A stretch of 64,000 nt of DNA from Ginglymostoma cirratum (lineage: Eukaryota): contig JAHRHZ010000002.1 in the NCBI GenBank assembly GCA_024137785.1, forward strand, positions 5,928,008-5,992,007, written 5' to 3'. The notes beneath the pieces are model-generated. The model had not been told where the DNA came from and made no database searches. It saw only the letters and a list, made by a program, of their open reading frames with translations. Both the position numbers and the translations under genes were made by a program. Shown here piece after piece: positions 23,925 to 37,233 of the stretch; within the stretch, counting starts at the first letter, position 1, and every line of letters starts with the position of its first letter.

Positions 23925-24195
23925 AAATGTTTAAGTTGAGAGAGGAAAGACATAAAAGGGACCTAAGGGGTAACTTTTTCACACAGATGGTGGTGCATGT
24001 ATAGGATGAGCTGCCAGAGGAAGTGGTGGAGGCTGGTACAATTACAACATTCAAAAGGCACCTGGATGGATACATGAATAGAGGGATATGGGCCAATGCT
24101 GGCAAATGAGACTAGATTAATTTAGGATATCTGGTTGGCAATGACGATTTGGACTGAAGGGTCTGTTTCTTTGATGAACAACTCTATGACTCTAA
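23925..24195 (+). mobile_element. CR1 3' end
   Basis: gggacctaaggggtaactttttcacacag...gagctgccagaggaagtggtggaggctggtacaatt...ctctatgactcta tail. Confidence 0.8.
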
Positions 24196-26781
24196 GTGTG
24201 TACCTGCCCAAATAAACCGCAAAGATGATCAATTTTCCAGATGGACTGTAATTCAGGACAAAAGGTAATTCATGCAAAGTTTAATCATTAACAAGAAAAC
24301 AACTCTATTTACCGCAAACAAAATTATTTAACAACCAATAAATTTGGATTTTCTATTATAGGACTTAAAGTATGCCACTTTTGAACCTCATACGTACATT
24401 CATAAATAAGCAACAGACGAAACCAACACAGATGTCATGGATGAAACATTACGGAAAAGGGAAATCAAATTTCAGTGCGTCAAAACTGGAACCACAAGGT
24501 TGGAAATTTTATTTCTTAGTGTTCTTTTAATTTTAGCAATGATAATAGAATTTTGTATGCAGAATAATCGTCAATCTTTGATTCAATAGCTGATTAGGTG
24601 GACCTAGATCTTTTCTTGTATTCAAAGTCTTTCTTTCCATTCTCAAGTCTTTTTTTAAATTTTTCACTTGTTTTTAAGGCCTCTGGATGTCCCTGAGTTC
24701 AGTACAGATATTTTCCTGATCAACCCATTCAGAGATGTTGTTACCCAGCTCCGGAGCAGAAGGGATTTGAATGCAGGTCTCATGACTCAGAGGTATGGGC
24801 ACTAACAATTGCAAAAAAACAAAAAGCCCTTACAGCTGAACACTACAGATTTTCTTCTAAAAACAGTCTGTTCAGGCAAGTCATCATACATCTCAGGTCT
24901 CCTGGTTCAGAGGCAGGGACACTACCACTGCACCACAACAGCCCCTCTACTGAGCACTATACTCACAGACCTGTAACAATGTGCAATCACACCAATCCAA
25001 AAAAGAGGTCATTTTCCCTGAACCCAAAGGCTCCTGGTGCCTCCCTGTCTCAAAATATCTACCTCACTGCTTTGAAAAGCAATATGGTCATGCATAACTA
25101 AAGTGGACATCAAAGATCTCACTTGATTGTTAGGTTGCAGAAAAAAAACTTTTTCCTGGTACCTTTTAGCTACGTTGCAGTTCAGAACAAAAAAACCGGT
25201 AATGTGGTCACTTGCAATCCAGAAGCAGTCATGTGTGATGGTCATTCAAAGTTCTGGAGGTAACCATTGCTCTTTCCAATTTAGCTGAAGAGCTCTCTTA
25301 CTTTTTTTTGAAGCCACACAATGAGAATCAGCTTGATATTTCACAATGAGGGGCAGCATAGACCGGTTCAAAATGTGCACACAAAGAGCTTCTACTGGAT
25401 GAAGGTCTGGCAGTTAGTAGCCCAGCTGCATAAAAATAATTCCAGTCATACATTCTAATTTTGGATGAAGTGAGCAGCCTCAGCTGCATTGAAATTGCAA
25501 CTGTAAAACAATACAATATTTCTCATGTCACATGGCATTGTAAACATGTGAAATGCCAAGAGTTAGCTTTTTCATCTTTAACTTGCAGATGTTAATCTGC
25601 ACTCAGGAAGAACAGAGTAAATCCATTCCTTTTGCAGAAATACACCAGCAATATAGCTCCCACCCCGATTCTCTTTGCATTAAGCATTTAGCAGAAGTGT
25701 ATTAGTTCTGTAAGGCATGTACTAAGATTGGGGAAAACCTGACCAAAAGATGCCAAAAATTCCCATAAATGTGTAATTTGTTCTTTTTGCCTTTGTAACA
25801 TAGACCTGCACATCACAGTAATAGGCCCTTTGCCCACCATGTGTGCACAGACCATGACATATATGTAAATAACATATGCAGTATTTTCTGTACTTTCTCA
25901 ATATCTAAGTAGATATTCCTTATATAGGAAGAGAACAAAGACCAGAGAAATGTGGTCTCACCAGATATACTACTCATCACATTCCAAAGTTCTATAGTTT
26001 ACATGGTTCTAATTTTTACACATTAGTGACTTTATACTTTCATTTGATCGTATATCTTCCAAAGACAGTAGAATCACAGTCAAATGGCACATCAGGAGGC
26101 AATTGCCTCTATTTAGCTCATGTAAGCTCGAAGTGGAACAATCCATTTCCCATCCTTACATCTATTGCCACGATATGTTGTTTTAAATATGATTATCTAT
26201 TTGAAAACATTCAATGGCTCCTCTTCCATTAGCTTCCTGGGCAACGAGTTCCAGGCCATTGCCACTCAGCAAGCAGAAGAAACGTTCCCACGCATAGTTC
26301 TACCAGATTTCTTACCCAAAACCATATCTGTGTCCCTTAGCCTTTCTATCTTTAACAATGAGAACAGCTTATCTAAACCTGTCATTCCCTTGCACATCTC
26401 TATCAAATCTCTTATTTTAAGGAGAACGTCACTGCCTCATCTTGGCACTGGAGTTAAAAATCGTCATCCATTGCAGTTTCTCTAGAGAGAGTCTTCCTAA
26501 TCTGGTGACGAGAACACAAGAATATTAGTCGTGACCCAGTGGCAGCTTTATACAGTTTGAGCAAAACTTCACTTGCTGCTGAGTTTCAGACTTGGATTTA
26601 CGAAACCCGTAATATCACACGCCTTTAAACATGTCCCCAGGGTTAAACTTGCGAATAATGCAAACTAGTCCAACACACATACCTGAGAACAGTATGAGTA
26701 ACATATTCATTTCCAAGTATTACTGGTCGGCTTTTCCCTCTAGGTACCTATCCCTAAATCACGCTGGGCCTGTACAGGCCG

Positions 26782-27018
26782 GAACTGAAAAAAGAAATTG
26801 CTGGGAAATCTCAGCAAGTCCGACAGCATTCTGTGGAGAGAGAAAAAGCAGAGTTAACGTTTCGGGTCTGAAGTCAGAACTGAAGAAGGGACATTGGACC
26901 TGAAACGTTAACTCTGCTTTTTCTCTCTCCACAAATGCTGCCGGACTTGCTGAGATTTCCCAGCATTTTACGTTTTTGTTTCTGATTTCCAGCATCCGCA
27001 GTTCTTTCGATGTTTTAT
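26782..27018. mobile_element. Palindromic Penelope-derived mini-element
   Basis: Inverted arms of ~80 bp (tgctgggaaatctcagcaagtccgacagcatt...gagttaacgtttc / gaaacgttaactctgc...gctgagatttcccagca) around a CTGAAGA...GAAAC core at 26880-26909. Confidence 0.8.
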
Positions 27019-27319
27019 TTAGGGAAATCTTAGCGATGCGGGAAAGGGAAAAATCCACTTCCAAGTGGTAAGTGGGCACATCCAGGATGAATTAATTGTA
27101 GGAGGCGTTTGTTTGCAAAAAAAAATTGTGGGAAAGTGTATACTTTTCTATTTACTGTAGCACAGTTCACATAAATTGTTAACATCTTACCAGTCATCTG
27201 TTAGTTTGTCATTGTTTTCTGAAATACCTGAAAAGTTGATGTGGGAGAATTGAGTAAAGTTTCAATAGGAGTCCTGGAAAATAGAATTAAGGTATTGATA
27301 ATCAGAATAAGAGGGTAGT

Positions 27320-27420
27320 TAGAAACTAAAATAGAGGTTGCAGGAAAAGCTCAGCAGGTCTGACAGCATCTGTGAAGAGAAATCAAAGTTAACGTTTCGG
27401 ATCCAGTGACCCTTCCTCAG
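27320..27420 (-). mobile_element. Penelope terminal fragment with a hammerhead core
   Basis: Minus strand CTGAGGA-A-GGGTC-ACTG-GATCC-GAAACGTT at 27391-27420. Confidence 0.75.
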
Positions 27421-27679
27421 TCCCTTCGTAAGAAAGGCATTTTTTTAAAAAAGAAATTAATCCCATTATAGACTTTTTCTTTGTATTCGCTATGTTATGT
27501 AGGTCTGTTTTGTTTTGAGCGGGCGAACTCATTTACTCCTGGGTCAGAAGTCTATGGCGACCTGCTCCCGATTAACAAAATGCACTTATTGTGCCCAGTT
27601 GGACTACATGGTGCCTGGAAAATGATTTTTAATGCCGTTTGTCACTTGGGTGATGTTGAGCACAACCACAATGCGGACC

Positions 27680-27886
27680 TTAAGTGAGACAGTTTCGACT
27701 CACAGATCAACCAGCCCCTCCCCTAACCCTCGGACAACCAGTTACGAATCCGTATCTCTTCGTTGCAATTGCAAGATGAACTCGATTGGACACCACTTGT
27801 GAGTGACATTCCGCTTCCCACCCCCCCGCTTCCGGCAAAGAGCTCTCTCTAAGTTTGCCACCAGCAGATAACAAATTTAAAAAGAA
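27680..27886 (+). promoter_or_regulatory. CpG-rich promoter of the MHC class I-like gene
   Basis: Local CpG enrichment; ISRE-like AGTTTCGACT ~27691, RFX/X-box-like GTTGCAATTGCAAG 27762-27775, inverted CCAAT (ATTGG) 27785-27789, ETS-type CTTCCGG ~27829; directly upstream of ATG 27887. Confidence 0.55.
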
Positions 27887-27959
27887 ATGGCAAGAGGATC
27901 CCACGGCGTGTTGCTGTCACTTGTACTGAGTTTCTACCGAGTACAACAATGCCTGACCG
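27887..27959 (+). CDS. MHC class I-like heavy chain, exon 1 (signal peptide)
   Basis: gaaATGG Kozak context; MARGSHGVLLSLVLSFYRVQQCLT followed by G|GTGAGT; 73 nt, phase 1, matching the alpha1 exon. Too short for the ORF track. Confidence 0.8.
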
Positions 27960-28304
27960 GTGAGTACCCCTTATTGTGTTTGCAAGAGACTGTGCGCTCG
28001 CCGCTTCTGACCGGAGACTGTATTGGCATGCAGGTTTCACCAGGTCTTTTATAAAAGGGGATGGAGTTGTAAAGTTATGAAACCTGTCCTGTTTGTTGCT
28101 TTGTTTGTATTTGTCGCTGGCCGTCTGTTGCCTCTCAGCTGTCGCCTTCCACTGACCAAAGTAAACATGCTGCCTCCATTACCAGAGGTCAGAAAAGTCA
28201 AGACCGACTCCGTTGGTTCCTAAATGTAAGCCGTGACAGCATTGCGCCTTCCGGACCTGTCGGTGCTCCGTGGACAAGAAAAAGTGGACAACTTGCATTC
28301 ATCT

Positions 28305-28467
28305 TAGATAACAAGCATGGGGCTGGATGAACACAGCAGGCCAAGCAGCATCATAGGAGCAGGAAAACTTGACGTTTCGGGCCTAGACCCTTCATTTCTG
28401 ATGTTCATCCAGCCCCATGCTTGTTATCTCGGATTCTCCAGCATCTGCAGTACCTTTTATCTCTGAT
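28305..28467. mobile_element. Partly palindromic Penelope mini-element (family C) in MHC intron 1
   Basis: agataacaagcatggggctggatgaaca ... tgttcatccagccccatgcttgttatct; 17-bp TSD acaacttgcattcatct at 28288-28304 and 28468-28484. Confidence 0.85.
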
Positions 28468-28604
28468 ACAACTTGCATTCATCTAGCGCCTTTCGCGACG
28501 TCAGGGCGTCCTGAAGAACGTTACAGTTCGCTCTCGACTCTCTTCACCCGGAACCAACCGCTCCCCAGCGTCCACATGTACTTCGCTCAAAACATTTGCA
28601 AGCG

Positions 28605-29015
28605 TAGAGTTATGCATACATAACAGCATGGAAACAGACCCTTTGGCCCAACCAGTTCACGCCGACGGTGCTCCCAAACTGCCTGTACTTGGCCCGTATC
28701 CCTCCCAACATTTCTTATTCATGTGCTAATCTAAATGTCTCTTAAACGTGGTAACTGTAACGGCATCCACCACTTCCTCTGGAAGTTCATTCCACACAGG
28801 AATCATACTGTGTGAAAAAAATTGCCACTTTTTTTTACATCTTTGTCCTCTCACCTTTAAAAATATGCCCCTTAGTCTTGAAATCCCTCAACCTAGTGAA
28901 AAGACACCTGCCGTTCACCTTATGTATACCCTGCATGATTTTATATACCTCATTAAGGTCACCTCTAGACCTCCTACACTCCAGTGAAGTTCCAGCCTCT
29001 CCCCACAACTCCAAA
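28605..29015 (-). mobile_element. CR1 3' fragment
   Basis: Minus-strand ECRRSRGDLNEVYKIMQGIHKVN...TKGHIFK. Confidence 0.8.
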
Positions 29016-29660
29016 GCCTTTAAAGCAGATCTGTAGCTTGACTTGCGGTTGGAGTTGTTGGTTGGTTCACTGAGCTGACTGGTTTTCATGCAAACATTTC
29101 ATCTCCCTTCTAGCTAACATTGTTGGTGCTGCGTCGCCTTCTTTGAAGTGCTGTTGTTCTGTTGCGCTCTTATTGCAGCCACTAAGTCTTAGACTTAGTC
29201 TCTTGTAGATTTACGCACTCACTGTGTTACTCTTGTCTCTGTCTCTGGGTGTGCGAAACTACTTTTTTTCTCACTGTCTCATTCACACTCAATGGTCATC
29301 TGGTCTCTGCCTCTTGCCATGCCAGTCTCCTCAGAAGGCCTCAGAAGATTCTGAGAGATTCTAAGAGGGACATCTACTTTTTTGGATGGTTTTCTGGAAC
29401 TTTCTGTAGTTCTGGCCAATTGGGGAGATACACTTAATAGTTTGAAACAGAGGCAATCTTTTGGATGGCATGGTACTGTCAATTTCTTTGTGTAGCAGGA
29501 CCTGGTGCCTGGGTCGTCCTTTTATTTGGTGGTTAAGTTGCCTTTTATATTATGCTAATGTCATCAGTACCTGGCTGCTGTGTTTGCACTGTGATTGGTG
29601 TGTGGGTTTTGTGATTTCAGTGTTTTACTTGGCCAATATACCCAGCATCTCTTACTGTTT

Positions 29661-30770
29661 CCTCAACCGAGGATTCCCCAGCTCCATTTTCGACAGGGGC
29701 CTCAACCAGGTTCGACCCATCTCCTGCACTTCCGCCCTCACCCCTTCTCTTCCCTCCAGCAACAGCGATAGGGTTCCCCTTAACCTCACCAGCATCCACA
29801 TCCAGAATATTTTCAGATGCCATTTCCGCCACCTCCAGCAAGAACCCACAACCAGACACATATTCACCTCCCCTCCCTTGTCCCCTTTCTACAGGGACTG
29901 TTCCCTCTGGGACTCCATGGTCCACACTTCGTTCTCCCCCAACACCTCCCCACAGCCCTACGGCACCTTCCCCTGTAACCGGCGAAGGTGCAACACCTGC
30001 CCATTCACCTCCTCCCTCCCCAGTATCCAAGGGCCCAAACATACCTTCCAGGTGAAGCAACACTTCACCTGCACTTCCCAGAATCTAGTCTACTGCATTT
30101 GCTGCTCACAATGTGGTGTCCTCTACACTGTGGAAACGAAGTGTAGACTTGGCGACCGCTTTGCAGACCATCTACGTTCTGCTTGCAAGAAAAACTCTGA
30201 ACTACCAGTTGCCTGCCACTTCAATGCATCACCCTGCTCCTGGCCAACATCTCTGTCTCTGGCTTGCTGCAGTGCTCCAGTGAAGCCCAACGCAAGCTGG
30301 AAGAACAGCACCTCATTTTCCGCTTGGGGACCCTACAGCCCTCCGGACTCAATATTAAGTTCAATAAAAATTTAGGGCCTAAACTCTCCCATGTCCCAGC
30401 CCCCCACCCCATACACCAGGCCTTGTTACTACATAGCCTGCCATTACACACCCCCTGTTGTTAATCACTAACAGTCCCCATTAACAAATACACACCCTCC
30501 CAGCCTGATCGTTAGCAGCTCATTTGTCTGTCCTACTGTCTTTCTCTCTCTTTGGGCTCTATCCTATCGTTTACTCCTTCCTCACCCACCTCCCAATTTT
30601 CTGCACATAAACTGACATCTTCCCAGCCACCATCAGTTCTGAGGAAGGATCACCGGACCCGAAACATTAACTCTGTTTTCTCTTTGACAGATGCTGCCAG
30701 ACCTGCTGAGCTTTTCCAGCAACTTTGTTTTTGTTCCTGATTTACAGCATCCGCAGTTCTTTTGGTTTTT
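29661..30770 (+). mobile_element. 5'-truncated Penelope-like element (family A): GIY-YIG and terminal repeat
   Basis: NLVYCICCSQCGVLYTVETKCRLGDRFADHLRS; hammerhead core 30639-30668; 14-bp TSD atctcttactgttt at 29647-29660 and 30771-30784. Confidence 0.9.
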
Positions 30771-30949
30771 ATCTCTTACTGTTTGGCGAGGTTAGTAATC
30801 TGTCTGCATTTTAATAGCCAGGAGGCTGCTACAAGTGGTACTTTATTTAAGCACTACAGGCAAAAAGGCTGAATTGCCTCTTTCTGTTCTGTAACTTTTT
30901 TCTGGTTCTATTGTTCCAACAATTATGAAGTAATACAAGGGAAGCTCAA

Positions 30950-32900
30950 AGCCAAATACGTTTAACTGGAGGAGGGCTAATCAGTCACCTTAGAAAATGA
31001 TCTGGTCTGGAATCACAAGATACTTAGGGTCAAGTTAATTAAGCATAAGAAAACCTGCGGGCATCTAAAGTTACATCTCCTTGGATAACTAAGCATGCCA
31101 AGGTGATGTTAAACCAAAAAAGGTCTTTATGATAAATGTTATATCTACAACTGAGCTGTAAATAACCTGAATGTAGATCACTTAAAAAGAAGGTAACAAT
31201 GATAGAATATGTATGTCAGAAATTAAAATAATAGGGAATCAAGACGTTTTTCAAAAAATCTAGAAATGGCAAAAGGGAAATATGCTTGTTTAACTGGAGG
31301 GAATGGCCAGAGTATTAAGTGAACTCTTTTGCATTTGTCTTCACTTAAAAGACACACTACCAATTTAAAGGAAAGAAAGACGAAGCAAAGTTATTTGGTG
31401 GAATTGTAATCAGTAACAAGGTTGCAATCAATACCTCAAAATTTCATAAAATGCAATACTATATCTGCTCTGGTTTGGATGCAGCATATGTTACTGAGGG
31501 ATGTAAGGGTAACATCCTCGAGGATTATACAAGCCTTTTTAGGTATGGGAGGGTTGCCAGAAGTATGAATGTTAACCTTTTGTTCAAGACGAGCTGGTGG
31601 TTGGAGTGGGGCAGAGTATTGAATAGATAAATCTAGCAACTGTAGGCTTCTCAGCCTAACTTCTGTTTAGAAAAACTCTTGGAGATCTTAAGCCATTAAA
31701 AATTAGACTTGAAGAAGGGTGGAGCAATTGATGAAAACTGTAGGGAATTGTTAAAGGCAAATCATGTTTGACTGGCTTGATGAATATTTGTTGCAAGCTT
31801 GCTAAAGATTGGTTCATATTGTTCACAGTGGGTTCATGTACTTTAAAAAGGTGGTTGAAAGAACGCTATAATAGACTTGCTAGGAATATTTAAACCCATG
31901 GAATTATAGAGACATGGAAGAATGGATGCAAAATTGGCTTAGGATAATAAAGTAGGTGGGAGGACACTCTCTTCAACTTGATACAAAGTCTAAAGTACTT
32001 TCCCGACCAGTCAGTATTAGGACAGGCTATTTTTGACATATTAATAAACTCCGTCTGTGTATCAGAGCATTATTTGCAGGTGACATAATCTAGAAATATA
32101 GTAAACAAAGAATGCAACAGGAGCGCACAAGTGAAATAGAAAGACATATTGTTGCTGACATTTGAGATTTGGGAATGATGTTTTTGTCAGGAAAGTTGTA
32201 GATATGTATATAGACTACAAATTACACTTTTAAAGGTTTGCAGGAACACAGGGAGCTGCGTTGCATGTGATGTGGGGAAATCTGTCAAAGTGGCAAGATA
32301 ATTTGAGATAACAAGCATGGGGCTGGATGAACACAGCAGGTCAAGCAGCATCATAGGAGCAGGAAAACTTGACGTTTCGGGCCTAAACCCTTCATCAGAA
32401 ATGGGGGAGGGGAAGAGGGTTCTGAAATAAATAGGGAGAGAGGGGGAGGCGGATAGAGGATGGATAGAGGAGAGGATAGGTGGAGAGGAGGCAGACAAGT
32501 TGAAGAGGCGGGGATGGAGCCAGTAAAGGTGAGTGTAGGTAGGGGGGTAGGGAGGAGATAGGTCAGTCCAGGGAGGACGGACAGGTCAAGGGGGCGGGAT
32601 CACTGTTTATGAAAAATGTTTATTGATTTCATGGCTCTATTATTATTAATAGTAGGGTGCAAACACCAAAAGGTTATGCTGAAACTTTACAAACAATTGA
32701 TTTGTGCTCAAATGGAATTGTGTTCAATTCTGGCTACCAGGTTTGGCCAAGAAATGTGTCAAGGAAGCAGAAGAACCGCTCCAGAGATGGAGGGTTTTGG
32801 TTAAATGAGTGACTAGAGAAGATGTGCCTATTCTCTCTGATTGAAAAAGTTCAAGAAGACATAGGTGCAGACAACCATAGACTTTAAAAGAATAAGTCAG
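30950..32900 (+). mobile_element. Highly decayed CR1 ORF2 remnant, interrupted by a Penelope terminal repeat at 32307-32600
   Basis: Scattered CR1 motifs (aaaggcaaatcatgtttgact; gttatgctgaaactttacaaa; gtgttcaattctgg). Confidence 0.5.
32307..32600 (-). mobile_element. Penelope family C terminal repeat with a hammerhead core
   Basis: Near-identical to 54677-54965; minus strand CTGATGA-A-GGGT-TTAG-GCCC-GAAACGTC at 32371-32398. Confidence 0.85.
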
Positions 32901-33849
32901 AAAAGTAATTTACTCAAAGTCAATAAATTTGCCAAAATAAAAAGTGAAATTAATCAAATATTTTGTTATATGTTGGGATGTACCTTCGCTAGTGTTTCAG
33001 TCTGTGTCTCAGTTTCTTACTAGTTTTAAATTACACTGCAGTGTATTGTTTACTAATCTAGTTTTGCCCACAGCTAATCCTGGGATTAGAGGTCTGGCAG
33101 TCTGGTGGAAATTTTACTTTTGTAGGTTAGCAAAAAGATTGGACCATTTTTTCAAGTTAAATGAGTTGAAATCCCAATATGGTAGCTGAGAAATTTAAAA
33201 TCCATTCATGATCAAATATGGAATGGGAATCCATTGTTTTAAATGGACACCATGCCACTACCAGATGTGGTGAAAACCTATTTGGTTCATTAGTCAGCTT
33301 TGAGGAAGGTTGGCATACCTTTTCAGTCTCGTGGAAAACTATGACTTGGAAAGAATTTAAACTTAATCAAAATAAAATTGAGTTGAAGCAAGCAAAACAC
33401 AACTCTGATTTGGGATTATTTGACTGACCTTTCATTGTTGCTGTGTCATTCTCTGGGAACTGTCTTGCTTACAGCATTGTGGGAGTTCATACACTTGAAA
33501 GATTGCTGTGGTTTAAGAAGGCAGCTCACTGCCACCTTCTCAGGCCAATTCGTGTTGAGCAGTAAGTGCTGGTCTGAGCAATGGATGATCAAATAAAGAT
33601 AGCCAACGGATACTTACCCACCAGTTTTCTGCTGAGTGTGGAGAGTGGCAACTAGTCACAAAAGATTGATGGTGGGATGGATTTCGTGGTGCAGTTTGTA
33701 AGTTGTCTGACTTGGTTTAGAAGTCAGGGAACCCAAAAAAATGATTTTGGTACTTGTTAGTTGATTCCCAATGCCATTTTAATGATGGGAGACTGGTTGA
33801 AAAACTACCAAACCATGATTTCAAGTAAAACAATGAATGAGTCTTAGAG

Positions 33850-34410
33850 AGACTCATTGGGTCATACTTCATTGAAGGAGGCCCTTTGGCCCACCATGTT
33901 CTTGCTGACCAAGAAACACCAACCTACACTAATCCCATTTGTCTGCACTTGGTCCTTAGCCTACTGTGCCCTGAAATTTTAAGTGCTCAGCCAGATGCTT
34001 CTTAATGGTGAGAGTAATTGCCTCCACCACCCTCTCTGGCATTATGCTCTTTATTTATCACCCTCTGGGTGAAAAATCTTTCAATCTGGTGTCCTTTAAA
34101 TCACTTTCTCCTCACCTTAAACTGATGCCCTCTGGTCTTAGATATGCCCACCGTGGTGACAAATTCTCCTGATCAAATCTGACTATGCCTCTCATATTTT
34201 TTTAATATCTTAATCAGCTTCACCCCTTCACCCTTCCTCCCTGATTCTCCTCTGCTCCTAGAAAACAAACTCATCCCATCTCTCCTCATAACTGAGAACT
34301 TTCATTCCAGGTTACATGTTGTTGAATGTCCCCAGCACACTCTCTGGTGCAATCACATCTTTGATGGTGCGATCACCAGAACTGCACATAGTATTCTGTT
34401 TGTGGCCTAT
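33850..34410 (-). mobile_element. Old CR1 3' fragment
   Basis: ccaccctctgggtgaaaaa...cctcaccttaaactgatgccctctggt...accagaactgcacatagtattc. Confidence 0.6.
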
Positions 34411-35409
34411 TTGTTGTTAATAAAGTTGAAACCATCTTTTAACTTCTCAATTGTGAATGAGGTGTTGAATTATACCGGGAAGAAAGGCACCGAGTTTCAT
34501 TTCTGGTGGGAGTTGATCGAGGTGACTTAATTTTGTGAGCTTATTCTCGCATGACTACATTTCCCTACCCCTCTAGTCCAGGGAACCAGGAAAAATAATA
34601 CATCAGAATTTCCATTGCTGATCATTGGTAAGTTAAGTGGTGAAAAGTTTTTGTGCTCAGGGAATGCTTGAGCTCAATATTTCTCTCTTGTTCTGAAGAG
34701 ACTGCAACCCATTAGTTTTCTAGATTATGTAGGAAATAACTGTATTGAGATATTTGGTTATTCATTTGAAAGAGTGATTTGTGTTGTAATGGAAATCTCT
34801 GGGCAGGATTATTTGTCAACTGAACCAAGTAGAAAATAATCAGGATGCAGTTCCCACATTTACATTTATCTCCAATGGTGTCCTTGAGTGTCAATGACAG
34901 GCATCAAAACTTTGATCTATTTTGTCCTCCCCATACATATGCCTAAATCATTGATGTCAAATTTGTGTCAGAGGTAGCAAGTAATTGGCCGTATCCAGCA
35001 AGATAGATGCTACCCATCTCACCTTTGACATTCAATGGCATCACCATTGTTGAGCCTCCAATTATCAATAGCCCAAACATTACTATGAACCAGGAATGCA
35101 CCTGAATTAACTGCAGATACGATGGCTATAACAACAGGTTAGATGCTTGGCATTCTGTGGTAGAAGCACACTGCCTGCCTACAAATGCCTTTCTAACATC
35201 CACAAGGCATACAAGAAGAGTGTGGTGGAATGCTCTGCATTTGCCTGGATGAGTCTAGCTCCAGTAGAAGCTGGACATCATCCAGGATACAGTTTCTCAC
35301 TTGATTGGCACTACATCCACCACCTTTAAACATAAATTCCTTCAATCATAAATGTATAGTGGCAGTGGTGTGAACATTTACAAATCTCATGACAGCAACT
35401 CATCAAGAC

Positions 35410-36410
35410 AGAGAGTGGTGGTAGAAGGTTGCTTTTCAGACTGGAAGCCTGTCACCAGTGGTGTTCCACAGGGATTGATTCTGGATCCTGTTTGTTTGTC
35501 ATTGCTATAAATAATTTGTATGACAATATCAAAGGCACGGTTTGCAAGTTTGCGGACGGAACCAAATTTGGTGAAATAGTGGATAGTGAAGAAGGTTTTC
35601 TAAGATTACAAAGGAATCCTGATAAAATGGTTCAATAAGCTGAAAAATGGGAGATGGAGTTCAATTTGGATGAATGCAAGATATTGCATTTTTGTGGAAC
35701 AAACAAGGACAGGACCTATACAATTAATGGTAGACTCTTGGGTAGTGTTGTAGAACAGAGGGACATAGAGGCTCAGGTATGTACTGTTTTGAAATTTGTG
35801 TCACATATAGACAAGGTGGCTGGAAAGGCGTTTAGCATGCCTGCCTTCATTGCTCAGTCCTTTGAGTACTGGAGTTGGGAAGTCAAGTTGATATTGCACA
35901 GGACATCGGTGAGGCCTCATCTGGGGTACTGTGTCCAGTACTGCAATAGGACAGATATTATTAGGCTGGAAAGGGTAAAAAAGAGATTTATCAGGATGTG
36001 GTTGGGAAGGAAAGGTATCAATTATAAAGACAGGCTGGATAGATTTTTTTCACTGGAGTGTAGAAAGTTGAGAGGTGACATTATAGATGTTTATAAATCA
36101 TGAGGGGTATTGATACGTTAATAGTAGGTGTCTTTTCTGTATGATGGGGGATTTCAAGACTGGGGGTATATTTTTAAGGTGAGAGGAGAGCGATTTTAAA
36201 AAAAGGACACGAGGGGCAAAATTTTTACATAGAGGGTGTTTTGCATGTGGAATGAACTTCTTGAGGAAGTGGTGGATGTGGGCACAGTTACAATGTTTAA
36301 AAGATACTGCCAAGCACAGGTAGGTAGGACTAGTTCAGTTTGAGATTATGTTCGGCATCAACTGATTGGACCAAAAGATCTGTTTCTGCGCTGTGTGCCT
36401 CTAAGATTCT
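35410..36410 (+). mobile_element. CR1 RT C-terminus and 3'UTR
   Basis: KFADGTK; MEFNLDECKILHF; VRPHLGYCVQ; RKLRGDIIDVYK. Confidence 0.85.
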
Positions 36411-36972
36411 ATAAGCCTCCTTTGATAGTACCTTTGAAGCCCACAAACTTGGCTGTCCTGTTTGCAAAGGCTAAGGAAGCAGATACTTGGAAATGCTATT
36501 GCCTGCCTGTTCCTGTCTACGCCATACACCGTCTAACCTATATTGCCATTCCTTTGTTGTCACTCGATCAAATTTCGTTAGCTGCCTTCAACAGTGCACA
36601 TTATCATAAAATAGGATTTTTGGAATAAATTTCTCAAAAATGGACATATTCTTCTTAATGTATGCAATTTATTTCTCAGGTTCTTTGTGCCTATATTGAT
36701 TGAACACAGGAGTGAGGACTTTTATCTTCTGTGTAATGTGTTATGGCTTATCATTTCAAGTCTTTCAGTAAGCTGCAATCAGCTGTGAAGAAGGGTCACT
36801 GGACTTGAAACATTTAACTTTGTTTTCTCTCCACAGATGCCGCCAGACCCACTGAGTTTCGCCAGCAATTTCTGTTTTAGTTTCAGAACTCCAGACTCTG
36901 AAGTTTGTTGTTTTGTAATATTTCCAGTGTTTGCTTTGTCAATGGTGAGGATTTTTTCTTTTTGTCTTCTAG

Positions 36973-37233
36973 AGTCTCATTCTCTGCTATATCAGTACAC
37001 CTTCAATCATGGGATAGCTGATTTACCAATGTATAGTATCCTGGGGATTTTGGATGGCTGCGAGATATACTATTTTGACAGCAATATGAAAATAACTGTT
37101 CCAAGGCAACAATGGATGGCGGAAGCATTTGACAAGAATTACTGGGAACGGTGCACTATGACTGAAGCTGGCTTTCATGGAATCATTAAGGGACAGGCTG
37201 ATGAATGGCTCCAGAAAGAAAACCAAACATCAA
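36973..37233 (+). CDS. MHC class I-like heavy chain, exon 2 (alpha1)
   Basis: tcttctAG| ... |GTGAGT; 261 nt, phase 1/1. (E)SHSLLYQYT...LDGCEIYYFDS...VPRQQWM...NYWERCT...KENQTS, with the conserved NQT glycan site. Confidence 0.93.

Noticed and set aside
28050-28223. TATAAAA followed by a signal-peptide-like ORF (MKPVLFVALFVFVAG...) as the MHC leader exon
   Set aside because: Its available donors (AAA|GTAAAC, GAG|GTCAGA) are phase 0 and cannot join the phase-1 alpha1 exon; the exon at 27887-27959 fits exactly.
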